DNA of 64,000 bases, from the NCBI GenBank assembly GCA_015232355.1, contig JADFZW010000016.1, positions 33,419-97,418 on the forward strand. The letters are read 5' to 3'. The number at the start of each line of letters is the position of its first letter. The stretch's first letter is position 1. Shown here piece by piece: positions 34,814 to 45,988 of the stretch. The translations under genes and the position numbers were made by a program. The notes under the pieces were generated by a model. It was not told where the DNA came from, made no database searches, and was given only the letters and a program-made list of their open reading frames with translations. The stretch is from Oligoflexia bacterium. GTDB lineage: Bacteria > Bdellovibrionota > Bacteriovoracia > Bacteriovoracales > Bacteriovoracaceae.

Positions 34814-36154
34814 TCAATCGATATGATTTATGGCCACAATTGGTTTTAGCTTACTAGCACGATAGGAAGGATATATCGCCCCCAACATAGTAACAATTAC
34901 TACTATGAAAAATGATAATAAAATATTATCTATTCTAACTGATAAAATTAGTTCATTACTTAATAAAAACGATCTAAATGCCTCGGACATTATGGGAATA
35001 TGTAAAATATTTAAAAATAGGGCCACCACTGCTCCTAAGGTGATTCCCAGTATGGATGCTGTTGCTGAAAGTAAAAATGCCTCCAACAAAAACATTTTTA
35101 TAACCATTATTTTTTGCATCCCAATTGCTCGAAGAGTTCCTATTTCAATAGTTCGCTCTTTGATAGCAATCATTACTGCATTCATAATTCCAAAAGCAAT
35201 TATCACCAAAAGAATTACAGTAAAAATCATGGTTAGAGCATTAAATATTTTAATAATCCATCTTAAAAAAGATATCTCCTCTTCCCATGTTGTAATATCT
35301 ATTTTTTGACCTCTCCATGGTTCAGAAGAGACTTTATCAAATTTTAAGAAAAATGGACGCTGATCTTTTTCCATTAACTTATAATTATTATCAGTTAAAA
35401 GTTTATTAACTTTGTTTTCAACATCTTTTAGTTTGTTTAAATTTTTAAGATAAATCATAATCACACCGGTAACATTTTCTTTCATCTGATAAACATCTCG
35501 TAAATCTGCACTATTTAAAAAGACACTAAATTGTGACAAAAATCCAATATCTTTTAATATCGCCACAACTTTTACATCTTTTGTATTATTGGTATTTCTT
35601 TGAGTTGGTACAGAGAGAGTTACTACGTCTCCTACTTTAACTTTTAATTTACGAGCATGATATTCAAAAATGGCCATATTTCCTTTATCAATTACTCTAT
35701 CAAAATCTCCCTCATGGGCCTTTAAAATTTTACTCAAGTAATTTTCATTTCTTAAATCTACTCCCCAAAGAGGCATATCCATTGAAGTCTCATCTGAAAT
35801 TAATCTTCCATATCCTCTAATTCTATCTACAATTTTTGATATCTCACTCTTAATATTTGGATCATTCATTATAAGTGATGTGATCTTTGTATACTCAGTA
35901 ACCGCAGGTGCTGCCGATGAGGATGAGATTTTATAAAACCCACCCACATTTAAATCTCCACTCATTAAAGTAGATGCTGTTTTCGTTAAATTATCATCTA
36001 CCCCGGCCGTGATCGCCATAACAAGAGTCAAAATAAAGGTTACTAGTAGAATTGCGATTGCAAGTATTGCTGACCTGGCCCTATTTTTTATTATATTTCT
36101 ATAAGAAATAAGAAATATTTTAGATAAATTTATTTTAAACATATATTTAAACAT
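34814..36154 (-). CDS. ABC transporter permease, FtsX/MacB-LolCE family
   Basis: Architecture is N-terminal TM, a large periplasmic domain, then a C-terminal FtsX 3-TM bundle (ERTIEIGTLRAIGMQK...). Confidence 0.85.
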   Translation of the reverse strand: MFKYMFKINLSKIFLISYRNIIKNRARSAILAIAILLVTFILTLVMAITAGVDDNLTKTASTLMSGDLNVGGFYKISSSSAAPAVTEYTKITSLIMNDPNIKSEISKIVDRIRGYGRLISDETSMDMPLWGVDLRNENYLSKILKAHEGDFDRVIDKGNMAIFEYHARKLKVKVGDVVTLSVPTQRNTNNTKDVKVVAILKDIGFLSQFSVFLNSADLRDVYQMKENVTGVIMIYLKNLNKLKDVENKVNKLLTDNNYKLMEKDQRPFFLKFDKVSSEPWRGQKIDITTWEEEISFLRWIIKIFNALTMIFTVILLVIIAFGIMNAVMIAIKERTIEIGTLRAIGMQKIMVIKMFLLEAFLLSATASILGITLGAVVALFLNILHIPIMSEAFRSFLLSNELILSVRIDNILLSFFIVVIVTMLGAIYPSYRASKLKPIVAINHID

Positions 36155-36157
36155 ATA

Positions 36158-38311
36158 CTAATCTCTTTGCATGGCCCGAATGGGCGAAACATTTACAGCT
36201 ATGTGAGCGGGGTAGATACTTGAAAGTAAACTTACACAAACTACAACAAAGTATACAACAAGTGCATAAATTGGATGTAATGACAGATACAATCTCGGAC
36301 CTGAGAATAGAAATAAAAAAATATCTGTCGGTGCGGGAATTCCCCTGCTCTTAAAATAAAAGACTGTCGCCATTCCTACTCCAATACCTAAAATTGAAAA
36401 GATTGATCCCATGGCAAATGTCTCTAACATTATTAATTTTAAAATATATTTTTTAGATGCACCTATGGCCCTCATTGTTCCAATTTCTTTTGTTCTTTCT
36501 AGTGCAGACATCAACATAGAATTCATGATAATAAAAATAGCAATAGTTAAAATCACTGTAAGTAACCCATATAGAATTGCTCTTATAACTGTAACAAATT
36601 GTCCAAGCGAACCTGTGACCTCTTGCCAATCTACCACTTTTAGATTTAATTTTTCATCTGCTGATACTTTCTGTATCTCTTGCAACGTTTGATTAGTTTT
36701 ACTTTTATCTTTTAAGATAATCGCTGCATTTATAACCACCCCATTTTCCATTTCAAGATCACTATATGTTTGATTTAGTAAATCTTGATTTATTTTTTTT
36801 CTGCTGACAGTTTTTACCTCCGCCGTAAATGTATTCTTTTTAACATCAATATTAATGTTAATGTTACCCTTTTTGGCAAAGAGTTCTTCCCCATCTGTTT
36901 GCATTGAAAATTTATCCATCTCCTCTTGTAATTTTTTATTCTCTTCTTTACGATCAGAACTCATATATCCATAAAGATCTCTAAAAGACATCAAATCCAT
37001 AATATTAAAGTTTCCTGCAATAGGAGAGTGTTCGAAATTCTTAAAACGAAAAGTCCCATAGACTTTTAGGTTAACAGATGAGGAATATCCAGAACGGGTG
37101 AAAGCCTTCATAGGAAAAGTATCTCCTATCTTTATACGATATAAAATAATCTTTGGAGCTATGTATGTATAAAAATAATTGTACCTTTGAAAAAAATTTT
37201 CGTCGTTCATATTAAAAAACTCTTCTAGTAATTTTTTAATATCCTTGGTGGTATCAGCATTAGTGTTAGAATTAGTGTTAATCGATAAAAATCTAATCAA
37301 ATCCATTTTCAAATACTCAACTTCTGTTTGAGTCATTTGCCCATATATTTCTCCCACTTGCTCAATATTTGCATTTATCAAATCTTTTATCACTTTACTC
37401 TTTGAGATCTTTTCTTTGTCTCTTTCAAGCTTCTTTTTAATTTCATCTAATCTACGGGCCACACGATGTTTGTTTTGTGTTTCATAAACATAGTCATTAA
37501 ATAAAAAACCTCTTTTCCCCTGTGGGATAGCATCCCCTTTCACTAATTCTGCCAATGGGAAATTATTCATAAATTGATGAGGTATCGTCCCTATATAATA
37601 AAAATACATCTGAGTATCATCTACAATTAGTGGAGCAATCTTGTTTTCTAAAAATTCTAGATTTGCATCCAGCACCTTTTTGCTATCGTTAGTACTATCG
37701 TTAAAATGATTAAAAGGTTTCCAAAAATCATCTTTCATTACAATATTAATATTTCTTTTACTCTCTTCTTTTTCATCCTCAGAAAGAGCACCCACCATCG
37801 AAAAACTGCTTTCATATGTTAACGATATATCTTTAATTATATTTCTAATGTGATTTGTGATTTGATCAGTAGTTTGCTCCGAAATTTGCTTAGTGATTTG
37901 CTTTTCTCCTCTCAAAACTAATTCTCTCAACTTTTCAAGTTTATTATCAAGAATATTTCCCGGATTTATATAAGCAAAGTTCACTCCTTGAGGAATAATT
38001 GCTGATATATTTGGCACTTTTTCACCAAGAACTCTTTTAATCTTTGCAAAATCATCCAATTCTTTCACATCAAAAAAATTTCCTTCTTGATTTCCAATAA
38101 TAGAAAATTTCTCGGTTGCTTTAGATGAATAGATTTGAATATCTCCCGCTAAACTCTCAGTTAAACTTTTTTTCATACTAATAGCTATAGATTCTACTAG
38201 TGCACCACCAATAATCGCTAAAACACTTGCACTAAATAAGATTGATCCAACTATGACTGTTCTTAATTTTCTTGAAAAAAGATTTCTAAAAGCAATCTTT
38301 AAAAGCATCAT
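36158..38311 (-). CDS. ABC transporter permease, FtsX family with an enlarged periplasmic domain
   Basis: Same topology as its neighbour. Contains ERTKEIGTMRAIGASKKYI, and the C-terminal IRAM is typical of FtsX-like permeases. Confidence 0.8.
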   Translation of the reverse strand: MMLLKIAFRNLFSRKLRTVIVGSILFSASVLAIIGGALVESIAISMKKSLTESLAGDIQIYSSKATEKFSIIGNQEGNFFDVKELDDFAKIKRVLGEKVPNISAIIPQGVNFAYINPGNILDNKLEKLRELVLRGEKQITKQISEQTTDQITNHIRNIIKDISLTYESSFSMVGALSEDEKEESKRNINIVMKDDFWKPFNHFNDSTNDSKKVLDANLEFLENKIAPLIVDDTQMYFYYIGTIPHQFMNNFPLAELVKGDAIPQGKRGFLFNDYVYETQNKHRVARRLDEIKKKLERDKEKISKSKVIKDLINANIEQVGEIYGQMTQTEVEYLKMDLIRFLSINTNSNTNADTTKDIKKLLEEFFNMNDENFFQRYNYFYTYIAPKIILYRIKIGDTFPMKAFTRSGYSSSVNLKVYGTFRFKNFEHSPIAGNFNIMDLMSFRDLYGYMSSDRKEENKKLQEEMDKFSMQTDGEELFAKKGNININIDVKKNTFTAEVKTVSRKKINQDLLNQTYSDLEMENGVVINAAIILKDKSKTNQTLQEIQKVSADEKLNLKVVDWQEVTGSLGQFVTVIRAILYGLLTVILTIAIFIIMNSMLMSALERTKEIGTMRAIGASKKYILKLIMLETFAMGSIFSILGIGVGMATVFYFKSRGIPAPTDIFLFLFSGPRLYLSLHPIYALVVYFVVVCVSLLSSIYPAHIAVNVSPIRAMQRD

Positions 38312-38334
38312 AACTTGTTCCTAGCAACTTATTA

Positions 38335-39045
38335 TCATTTCATCATTTCATCAGACGAAATATGACCATCTTTTAAAACAACAACTCTTTGCGCTTGTTT
38401 AATTATCGAAGTATCATGAGTTGAGAATATAAAAGTAGTATGATCTTCTCTATTTATTTTTTTCATCAGATCTATAATATTTTGTCCAGTTTCAGAATCT
38501 AAATTGGCAGTTGGTTCGTCTGCTAAAACAATTTTAGGTTTACTTACCAATGCACGTGCTATGGCCACTCTTTGCCTCTGGCCACCTGAAAGTTCGCTAG
38601 GGCGATGATTAAGGTGATCCGCAAGACCAACCTTATCTAAAAAATACATTACTCTCTCTTTACGTTCTTTTTTATTTTTTGAAAGATCATTTTTCAAAAG
38701 GAGAGGGAATTCAACATTATCGTAAACATTTAAAACTGGAATAAGATTAAAAGTTTGAAAAATGAAACCAATAGTATTTAGTCTCAATTCCGTTAGTTCT
38801 TTATCTGACAATCGTGAGATACCTTTGCCATCAATCACCAACTCACCCTCAGTAGGAACATCTACACATCCAATTAAATTAAGTAGCGTTGTTTTGCCAC
38901 TTCCGGAGGGCCCTGCTATGGTCATAAATTCGCCAATTGAAATTTTAATATTTATTTCTTTAAGGGCGTTAACAGTAACTGCTCCGAGCTTGTAATCCTT
39001 GCAGACATTTTCTACTGAAATCAAATTTGAAATCAAATTTGTCAT
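38335..39045 (-). CDS. ABC transporter ATP-binding protein (MacB/LolD-like)
   Basis: Walker A GPSGSGKTT, Q-loop, signature LSGGQRQRVAIARAL, Walker B ILADEPT, and H-loop STHD. Confidence 0.95.
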   Translation of the reverse strand: MTNLISNLISVENVCKDYKLGAVTVNALKEINIKISIGEFMTIAGPSGSGKTTLLNLIGCVDVPTEGELVIDGKGISRLSDKELTELRLNTIGFIFQTFNLIPVLNVYDNVEFPLLLKNDLSKNKKERKERVMYFLDKVGLADHLNHRPSELSGGQRQRVAIARALVSKPKIVLADEPTANLDSETGQNIIDLMKKINREDHTTFIFSTHDTSIIKQAQRVVVLKDGHISSDEMMK

Positions 39046-39215
39046 AAAATTACCACCTAAATAACATTGATTAAAAAAATAATTTTATCAAATTAATTTA
39101 ATTTGCATAAATATAGTAGCATCTTTTGATCAAATTACTATACTAATTTAGTTATTTTTTGATTATGCAATTATTTCTATATATAATAAACTTATAATAA
39201 ACATACACATTCCTG

Positions 39216-40076
39216 ATGGAGATTTCAATGTACCTGTACCTAAAAGAAATTAAACAAACAATGCTAGTAACTTTTATCTTTATGATTGTATTCTCCATAT
39301 CTACAATAATAATGCCAACAATTAGCGATGCAAGTGATGAAATAAAAAACATTGAATCCAAATTATTTATTGTCACTGAAGAAACACCTCCTTACAACTT
39401 TAGTGAGAACAATAATATCGTGGGCATTTCAACTGATGTAGTCAAGAGATTGCTGAATGACTTAGGCATTAAGAAATATGAAATCCACATCTTTTCTTGG
39501 TCTAGAGCATACGGGATCCATGCTTTAAAAGGACTTGCTGATAAAAATAAATCCGCTTATGTTTTGATTTTCAGCATGGGTAGAATAAAAGAACGAGAAG
39601 ATTTGTTCAAATGGATTGGAGTAATCGCTCCCTACACTGTCTCAATGTATGCTCTCTCTGAACGCACAGACATTAATGTAAATAACCTTGATGATTTCAA
39701 AAAATATAGAGTTGGGGTAGTAAGCGATGATATAAAATCTAAATACTTGCTCTCCAAAAATTTTAACAACAATAATCTGGAATATGTACAAAAGGATGAA
39801 CTAAATTTAAAAAAATTAATTAATAAACGAGTTGATATAATTCCTATTGCAGATCAAGTAATCAAACATTTCTTTTCTAAAGAAAAAAAACCATTATCAA
39901 AAGTCAAAAAACTTTTAACATTAGATGATCTATCTTCTGAAGGGCTCTACTTAGCGTTTAGTAAAAACACTCCTGATTCAGTTGTTGAATTATTTAAAAC
40001 AACATTAGATAAGATAAAAAAATCTAATGAATATGAAATAATAATTGGAAAATATTCAAATGAAAATATTCATTAA
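39216..40076 (+). CDS. periplasmic solute-binding protein, family 3-like
   Basis: Has a signal peptide and a general SBP_bac_3 pattern (LFIVTEETPPYNF...GISTDVV...WSRAY...). Substrate is unknown. Confidence 0.6.
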   Translation: MEISMYLYLKEIKQTMLVTFIFMIVFSISTIIMPTISDASDEIKNIESKLFIVTEETPPYNFSENNNIVGISTDVVKRLLNDLGIKKYEIHIFSWSRAYGIHALKGLADKNKSAYVLIFSMGRIKEREDLFKWIGVIAPYTVSMYALSERTDINVNNLDDFKKYRVGVVSDDIKSKYLLSKNFNNNNLEYVQKDELNLKKLINKRVDIIPIADQVIKHFFSKEKKPLSKVKKLLTLDDLSSEGLYLAFSKNTPDSVVELFKTTLDKIKKSNEYEIIIGKYSNENIH

Positions 40077-40827
40077 AGATAATCGTTATAAAAAAATTTT
40101 TAATAAAATATTATTTTTAAATACTGCTAATTACAGCATGCTACTCTTAGCACTCCTTGTAGAATATATCCTCCACATAAATGGTTTCTGGGAAACCTCT
40201 TTTAAATTAATTATCATTGGAATCTTTTTTTATTCCACTTATCAAGCATTAATTCATCTCTATTACACCTTTTGGAGTTTTACCCTTATTTCTTTCATCT
40301 ATACTATAAACGGAATAACTGACAGTTACCATCTTGCAAATTCACAATTACTACAAATTTATTCTTTATCTCTTATCTCACTTTGTTTTGAAACATACCT
40401 TCTCTCCTCACCTATTTACTATCCACGAATACGCTGGTGGGTATATGATTTCAGATGTAGAGGTGACGTAGTAATAAAAGTAAAAAATTTAAAAGATCGC
40501 TGGAATGATGGATTACATCCTGGTCGACTGACTGATTTAAGAAGAGGTGCCGGATGTGTTGTTATGTTTGATTATCATTCTGTGATGGAGAGATTGGTTG
40601 TCTATGCTGAAGCAGAATACTCAGAAATAAAATTACAAGCAGAGATCGTTAGTGTACGTGAGTATTCCTTTGGTCGAGGATACATCTATGGAGTAAGATT
40701 CATCCTCGAAGACTATGAAGATAAAAGAATCTATTATGATTTTCTCCAGTATTGGAAGGGAATAAAGAGAGAATTAGACCATATTGATAACATATATTTA
40801 TCAGATAACTTTGATAGTACAGTATAA
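40045..40827 (+). CDS. membrane protein with a C-terminal PilZ-like domain
   Basis: Four N-terminal TM helices. PRIRWWVYDFR...GRLTDLRRGAGCVV loosely fits the PilZ RxxxR ... D-x-S-x-x-G pattern. Confidence 0.4.
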   Translation: MENIQMKIFIKDNRYKKIFNKILFLNTANYSMLLLALLVEYILHINGFWETSFKLIIIGIFFYSTYQALIHLYYTFWSFTLISFIYTINGITDSYHLANSQLLQIYSLSLISLCFETYLLSSPIYYPRIRWWVYDFRCRGDVVIKVKNLKDRWNDGLHPGRLTDLRRGAGCVVMFDYHSVMERLVVYAEAEYSEIKLQAEIVSVREYSFGRGYIYGVRFILEDYEDKRIYYDFLQYWKGIKRELDHIDNIYLSDNFDSTV

Positions 40828-40842
40828 TTACACAATATAATT

Positions 40843-41352
40843 ATGACATCATCACTTACATTATCTTCATCATCAATGCCTTTATTGACTAAATCACTCT
40901 TCTTCATGGAATGCGCTCTAAAAAAGGCACATATAGCATATAATAAAGGAGAAGTACCTGTAGGCGCAGTAATCGTCGATATAAATAATAATTTCAAAAT
41001 AATTTCATCAAGTTCAAACTGTAAAGAGAGTTCCGCTGATCCTTGCGGACATGCAGAGATTTTGGCCATAAGAAATGCCTCATCGATTATTGGAGATTGG
41101 CGACTTACTGGAATGATCATCTATGTGACCTTAGAACCATGTTTGATGTGTTTAGCAGCAATAAAAGAAGCACGTTTAGATGGTGTTTTCTTCGCTGCTT
41201 ACGACTCTAAAGGAGGCGCACTCTCCTTAAATTATAATTTATATAAAGATAAACGACTAAATCATAACTTCTTTGTTGTGGGTGGAATTAGATCTTTTGA
41301 ATCCGCCAAATTACTAAGTGATTTTTTTAGGGCCAAAAGACAAAATAAATAG
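40843..41352 (+). CDS. tadA: tRNA adenosine(34) deaminase TadA
   Basis: EVPVGAVIV, HAEILAIRNAS, and TLEPCLMCLAAI (H-A-E ... P-C-x-x-C). The true start may be an internal Met. Confidence 0.9.
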   Translation: MTSSLTLSSSSMPLLTKSLFFMECALKKAHIAYNKGEVPVGAVIVDINNNFKIISSSSNCKESSADPCGHAEILAIRNASSIIGDWRLTGMIIYVTLEPCLMCLAAIKEARLDGVFFAAYDSKGGALSLNYNLYKDKRLNHNFFVVGGIRSFESAKLLSDFFRAKRQNK

Positions 41353-41363
41353 TGTAATATCTC

Positions 41364-41579
41364 TCACATTCTTACATTACTCTCAGAAATGATATAAACC
41401 ATTCTTTGCCAAATTTTGCCAAATTGAGAGTTAGTTAGTTTCATTACTGAAAGAGTTATACTTACAATTATTATTATAAGAAATAAAAACTCCACTAAAG
41501 TTTGTCCTGACTGATTATTCTTTTGATGATGATTCTTTGGCCTCATAAGATTTTTTGTGATAAGGTGACACTGTTTCAA
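41364..41579 (-). CDS. small Flp/pilin-like protein (prepilin-type leader?)
   Basis: ...NNQSGQTLVEFLFLIIIIVSITL has Gly followed by x4-E-F and a hydrophobic helix, as in Flp/type IV prepilins. No pilus genes are adjacent. Confidence 0.3.
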   Translation of the reverse strand: MKQCHLITKNLMRPKNHHQKNNQSGQTLVEFLFLIIIIVSITLSVMKLTNSQFGKIWQRMVYIISESNVRM

Positions 41580-41626
41580 GTTCTATACTTATATTTATAC
41601 TTTATTACTTTATTAGCATTTCAACG

Positions 41627-42262
41627 ATGAAGAAATTTTTTCCATTTTTATATTCCTCTTTACTTGTAACTACAGTTTTTTTTGCAGCTTTATCCATACA
41701 ATTGATCATTGGATATTTTTCCGATAATTTTGATAGCTTAAATGATAACAATAGTACCGCTAATGAAAATTTTGAATTTTATGACTATCTTTTCGAACGC
41801 ACCACCTTTAAAAGCAATTTCAAAGGTAATAACGAAACATTAATTCTATCAAAACTCAATTCACCTATAATTATTTTAAAATTCTGGACTACATGGTGCC
41901 CCTCTTGTTTAGATGAATTTTCTACGCTTACTGAATTAAAACGAAATTACTCAAATCAAGAAGTACGAGTTTTGGCCATAAATGGTGATAAAATATTTGG
42001 TAATCGTAGTAATACAGAGACCAATGATTTAATAAAAAATATTTCGAAATTAGAAAAAAAATTTAATTTTAACTTTGATATCATCATAGATGCAAATGAA
42101 AATGGCGAACATCACTTTGAAAAATTTAAAATAAATTCAATTCCTACTACCATTATATTTGTTGGTGGAAAAACAAAATTCATGCATATTGGAAGTTTAA
42201 ATTTCAAATCAAAAAAATTAATGGACTTTATTGATAGCAATTTAAAGCAAATTATTAGATAG
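41627..42262 (+). CDS. thioredoxin-fold thiol:disulfide oxidoreductase (TlpA-like), membrane-anchored
   Basis: FWTTWCPSCLDEF is the CxxC active site. An N-terminal hydrophobic anchor is present. Confidence 0.75.
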   Translation: MKKFFPFLYSSLLVTTVFFAALSIQLIIGYFSDNFDSLNDNNSTANENFEFYDYLFERTTFKSNFKGNNETLILSKLNSPIIILKFWTTWCPSCLDEFSTLTELKRNYSNQEVRVLAINGDKIFGNRSNTETNDLIKNISKLEKKFNFNFDIIIDANENGEHHFEKFKINSIPTTIIFVGGKTKFMHIGSLNFKSKKLMDFIDSNLKQIIR

Positions 42263-42287
42263 GAATTAAGTAGATATTAAATAGATA

Positions 42288-43556
42288 TTAGAGAACAAAA
42301 GCAAAATTCTTTCCCCAATTATAAGTAATATAATTAATATTTTTTACTTTAAAGAGTGAAAAGCGTGAGGCAAATCCTTTATCTATTACCCCTTGATTTG
42401 TTAATCCTAGAGAGTGAGCTGCATTTAAAGTTATCGCCGCCCACACTTCAGCCAAATTCATTTTGTACAATGGAGCGGCCATCGATGCTAATAATAAAAT
42501 ATTATCGCAATGGCATGATCCCGGATTGTAATCTGAGGCCATTGAAACTTTTACTCCAGCATCTAAGAATGCTCTTGCACGGGCCGCGCTCTTGCCTAAA
42601 AATAATCCAGTACCAGGAAGTAGAGTGGCCACACTCTTTCCCTCGGCCAAAGCTTTAATTCCCTCATCATCAGTTGCAAGTAAATGATCTGCACTTAACG
42701 ATTGGTATTGTGCTGCTAGCTTGGCACCTCCATTATTATTAAATTCATCCGCATGAATTTTTGTGGCCAAACCAAGAACTACTGCTCTATCAAAAAGGGT
42801 TTTTACATCATCACTATTAAAATAATTTTGTTCATGAAAGATATCTACAATATCAATAATTTTCTTATCCGCCGCCAATCCCGCGGCCCCTGCTCCTGCT
42901 CCTGCTAATTCTTCTAACAGCGGTAGCACTACTTGTTTTAAATACTCACTGCTTGGTTTCTCCATTTGTTTAAATTGCGGAGGAATCGCATGGGCCGCCA
43001 TGAAAGTATTTTTTATCTGCACAGTTGGATAAAAGAATGTTTTTAGATCATGAATTATTCGTGATAACTCTAATTCCTTTTGATAGGTAAGAGCATATCC
43101 ACTCTTAATTTCAATTGTACCTACACCATATGAGTGAATGGTTTCAATTCGTTTTTTTGAAATTTCAAAGAGTTCAGCAGCAGTTAATTTATTAGTGGCC
43201 TCCATAGTATGAATAATTCCACCACCAGCGGCCGCTAATTCTTCATAGCTAGCACCATTCAAGCGCATGGAATACTCAAAGGAGCGATCACCACCAAAGA
43301 TAACATGAGTGTGAGAATCTACAATTTCTGGAGTAAGTGTTACTCCATCTAGAAAATAGGTCTGATCGATTTTTTTATACTCATCTGGAAAATCTCTCTC
43401 TAAACCAAACCACAATATCTTTTGATCATCAAATACTATGCTGGCATTCTCTAAGATGGTCATATCATCTGCTTTTAAATTACGCCCATCTTTTTGATAA
43501 GCATCGATCATAGTAACCATTTGAGAGAGATTACGATACGCTGTTAATTTTTTCAT
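42288..43556 (-). CDS. hutI: imidazolonepropionase
   Basis: DSHTHVIFGGDR..., KIHADEF, and SDYNPGS amidohydrolase motifs. Adjacent to hutU. Confidence 0.92.
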   Translation of the reverse strand: MKKLTAYRNLSQMVTMIDAYQKDGRNLKADDMTILENASIVFDDQKILWFGLERDFPDEYKKIDQTYFLDGVTLTPEIVDSHTHVIFGGDRSFEYSMRLNGASYEELAAAGGGIIHTMEATNKLTAAELFEISKKRIETIHSYGVGTIEIKSGYALTYQKELELSRIIHDLKTFFYPTVQIKNTFMAAHAIPPQFKQMEKPSSEYLKQVVLPLLEELAGAGAGAAGLAADKKIIDIVDIFHEQNYFNSDDVKTLFDRAVVLGLATKIHADEFNNNGGAKLAAQYQSLSADHLLATDDEGIKALAEGKSVATLLPGTGLFLGKSAARARAFLDAGVKVSMASDYNPGSCHCDNILLLASMAAPLYKMNLAEVWAAITLNAAHSLGLTNQGVIDKGFASRFSLFKVKNINYITYNWGKNFAFVL

Positions 43557-43599
43557 ATGCTCAATTTTAAATTGATTAAATCAATAGTTAAATAAATAG

Positions 43600-45270
43600 T
43601 TAAATGGATGGAAATTTTATATTTGTTTCTTTAATACAATTGATTGCCTCTTCATAACCAGCATCCACATGACGAACAATTCCCATTCCAGGATCTGAAT
43701 TTAAAACTCTCTTGAGACGTTCATCCATATCTTGCGATCCATCTGCTACGATCACCATTCCTGCATGTTGAGAATAACCAATACCTACACCACCACCATG
43801 ATGAAGACTAATCCAAGAAGCACCATTCATAGTATTTATTAGTGCATTTAAGATTGGCCAATCACTGACTGCATCTGAACCATCTTTCATCGCTTCTGTT
43901 TCACGATTTGGAGATGCTACTGAACCAGAATCAAGATGATCACGTCCAATTACAATTGGTGCTTTCACTTTCTTTTCTCGAACTAATTTATTAAAGAGTA
44001 AACCTGCCTTCTCACGTTCACCATATTTTAGCCAACAAATTCGTGCTGGCAGTCCCTGGAAAGCAATCATATCTTTTGCTTTATTAAGCCAATTGATTAA
44101 TTTTTTATTTTGAGGAAAAAGCTCTTTTAGTGCTTCATCTGTTGTGTAAATATCATTGGCATCTCCTGAGAGTGCCATCCATCTAAATGGGCCAGAACCC
44201 TGACAAAATAGTGGACGAATATATGCGGGAGAAAATCCTGGAAAATTAAAAGCGTTTGCCTCACCTCCCTTAACGGCTCCCTCTCTAATATTATTTCCAT
44301 AATCAAAGACGTGGGCCCCACGACGCTGAAACTCTAACATCGCTCGCACATGATCTCTCATGGTTTGATAACTTAATTCAATATATTTTTTACTATCACT
44401 CTTTCGTAACTCCAGAGCTTCTACCAATGTCATATTACGAGGAACATAACCATTAAGTGGATCGTGAGCAGAAGTTTGATCAGTAACTAAATCAGGAAGA
44501 ACATTTTTATTTAAAACAAATTCAAAAAAATCTGCCGCATTTCCGACTACTCCAATAGAACATGCTTTATTTTCACTCTTATATTTAAGTGCAAGTTCTA
44601 AAGCTTCTTCAAAGGAGTTGGCCAAAATATCCAGATACTTTGTCTTCAAACGTTTTTGTATTCGCTCTACTGAAACATCAGCTCCAACAAAAACTCCTTC
44701 GGCCATCTTAACTGCAAGTGGTTGAGCACCTCCCATTCCACCGAGTCCTGCCGAAAGTACTAATTTTCCTCTTAAAGTTTCCTTGCTATAATGTTTGAGA
44801 GCAGCGGCCATAAAGGTTTCGTAAGTACCTTGTAAAATACCTTGAGTGCCAATATAAATCCATGAACCAGCAGTCATCTGGCCATACATCATCAACCCTT
44901 TGTCTTTGAGATAATTAAAATAATCCCAATTTCCCCAATGAGGAACAATATTCGAATTTGCAATTAAAACTCTTGGTCCATGAGAGTGAGAGGGAAAAAC
45001 CGCCACAGGTTTTCCCGATTGTATTAAGAGGGTTTGATCATTTTCTAATTCTTTGAGTGCCTTAATTATATCATTAAGGGCCTTATGATTACGGGCCGCC
45101 TGACCATTTCCACCATAGACAATTAAATTATCTCTATCTTCGGCCACTTCCGGATGAAGATTATTTAGAAGACAGCGAAGAGCTGCTTCTTGATGCCAAC
45201 CCTTACATGTCAATTTATCTCCTAGAGGAGGAAGAGGTATTTGTATTTCGTTTGATTTTGATAATGACAT
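43600..45270 (-). CDS. hutU: urocanate hydratase
   Basis: 556 aa. [23 protein letters not shown], and [18 protein letters not shown] are highly conserved urocanase blocks. Confidence 0.97.
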   Translation of the reverse strand: MSLSKSNEIQIPLPPLGDKLTCKGWHQEAALRCLLNNLHPEVAEDRDNLIVYGGNGQAARNHKALNDIIKALKELENDQTLLIQSGKPVAVFPSHSHGPRVLIANSNIVPHWGNWDYFNYLKDKGLMMYGQMTAGSWIYIGTQGILQGTYETFMAAALKHYSKETLRGKLVLSAGLGGMGGAQPLAVKMAEGVFVGADVSVERIQKRLKTKYLDILANSFEEALELALKYKSENKACSIGVVGNAADFFEFVLNKNVLPDLVTDQTSAHDPLNGYVPRNMTLVEALELRKSDSKKYIELSYQTMRDHVRAMLEFQRRGAHVFDYGNNIREGAVKGGEANAFNFPGFSPAYIRPLFCQGSGPFRWMALSGDANDIYTTDEALKELFPQNKKLINWLNKAKDMIAFQGLPARICWLKYGEREKAGLLFNKLVREKKVKAPIVIGRDHLDSGSVASPNRETEAMKDGSDAVSDWPILNALINTMNGASWISLHHGGGVGIGYSQHAGMVIVADGSQDMDERLKRVLNSDPGMGIVRHVDAGYEEAINCIKETNIKFPSI

Positions 45271-45287
45271 ATATTAATTAATTCCTT

Positions 45288-45974
45288 TTAATGATTTGCT
45301 TTTAACGATTCTACTCTCTGGTTATAATCATCTTTATTTTTATTATTAAATATATATGATCCCGCAACCAAATTGTTTGCACCCTTTTGAACTAACATCT
45401 TCGCTTCTTCACTATTTATTCCACCATCAACTTGGATAACATATTTTAGTAAACCATTACTTTGCACTCTCTTTCTATTTAACTCTTCAACTTTGTGAAG
45501 TGCATAGGGAATAAATTTTTGACCACCAAATCCTGGATTAACAGACATAATTAAAACCAAATCCAACATCTCTAGAATATAATCTGGAATAGCATCCACT
45601 GGAGTACTTGGATTAATGGCCATTCCTACTGAAGGATAGTGTTTTTTTATTTTATGGATTAAAGAATCATGATGTTTAGTTGTTTCAAAGTGAAAAGTAA
45701 GATTGAAAATATTATATTCCTGCAAATGTTCCACATAAAATAAAGGATTAGTAACCATCAAGTGAGCATCCAACGGATGCTTGGCCACCATTCCTATTTG
45801 CTTTATCACAGGAATTCCAAAAGTCATGTTTGGTACAAAGTGACCATCCATTATATCCAGGTGAAACCATAGATCCTTATCCTTTTGAGAATCAAATGCA
45901 CTTAACTCTTCACCTAACTTTAAAAAATTTGCTGAAAGTAAACTAGGAGATATTGTAACCATATTTTCCCTCAT
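45288..45974 (-). CDS. rpe: ribulose-phosphate 3-epimerase
   Basis: SLLSANF, HLDIMDGHFVPN, MSVNPGFGGQKF, and QVDGGI. Confidence 0.95.
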   Translation of the reverse strand: MRENMVTISPSLLSANFLKLGEELSAFDSQKDKDLWFHLDIMDGHFVPNMTFGIPVIKQIGMVAKHPLDAHLMVTNPLFYVEHLQEYNIFNLTFHFETTKHHDSLIHKIKKHYPSVGMAINPSTPVDAIPDYILEMLDLVLIMSVNPGFGGQKFIPYALHKVEELNRKRVQSNGLLKYVIQVDGGINSEEAKMLVQKGANNLVAGSYIFNNKNKDDYNQRVESLKANH

Positions 45975-45988
45975 TTCTTTTTTACTAA

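Noticed and set aside
38335-39045. Calling the ABC/FtsX operon LolCDE
   Set aside because: The gene order (ATPase first) and a 717-aa permease do not fit LolC/LolE (~400 aa). A MacB-like exporter is equally possible, so it is left generic.
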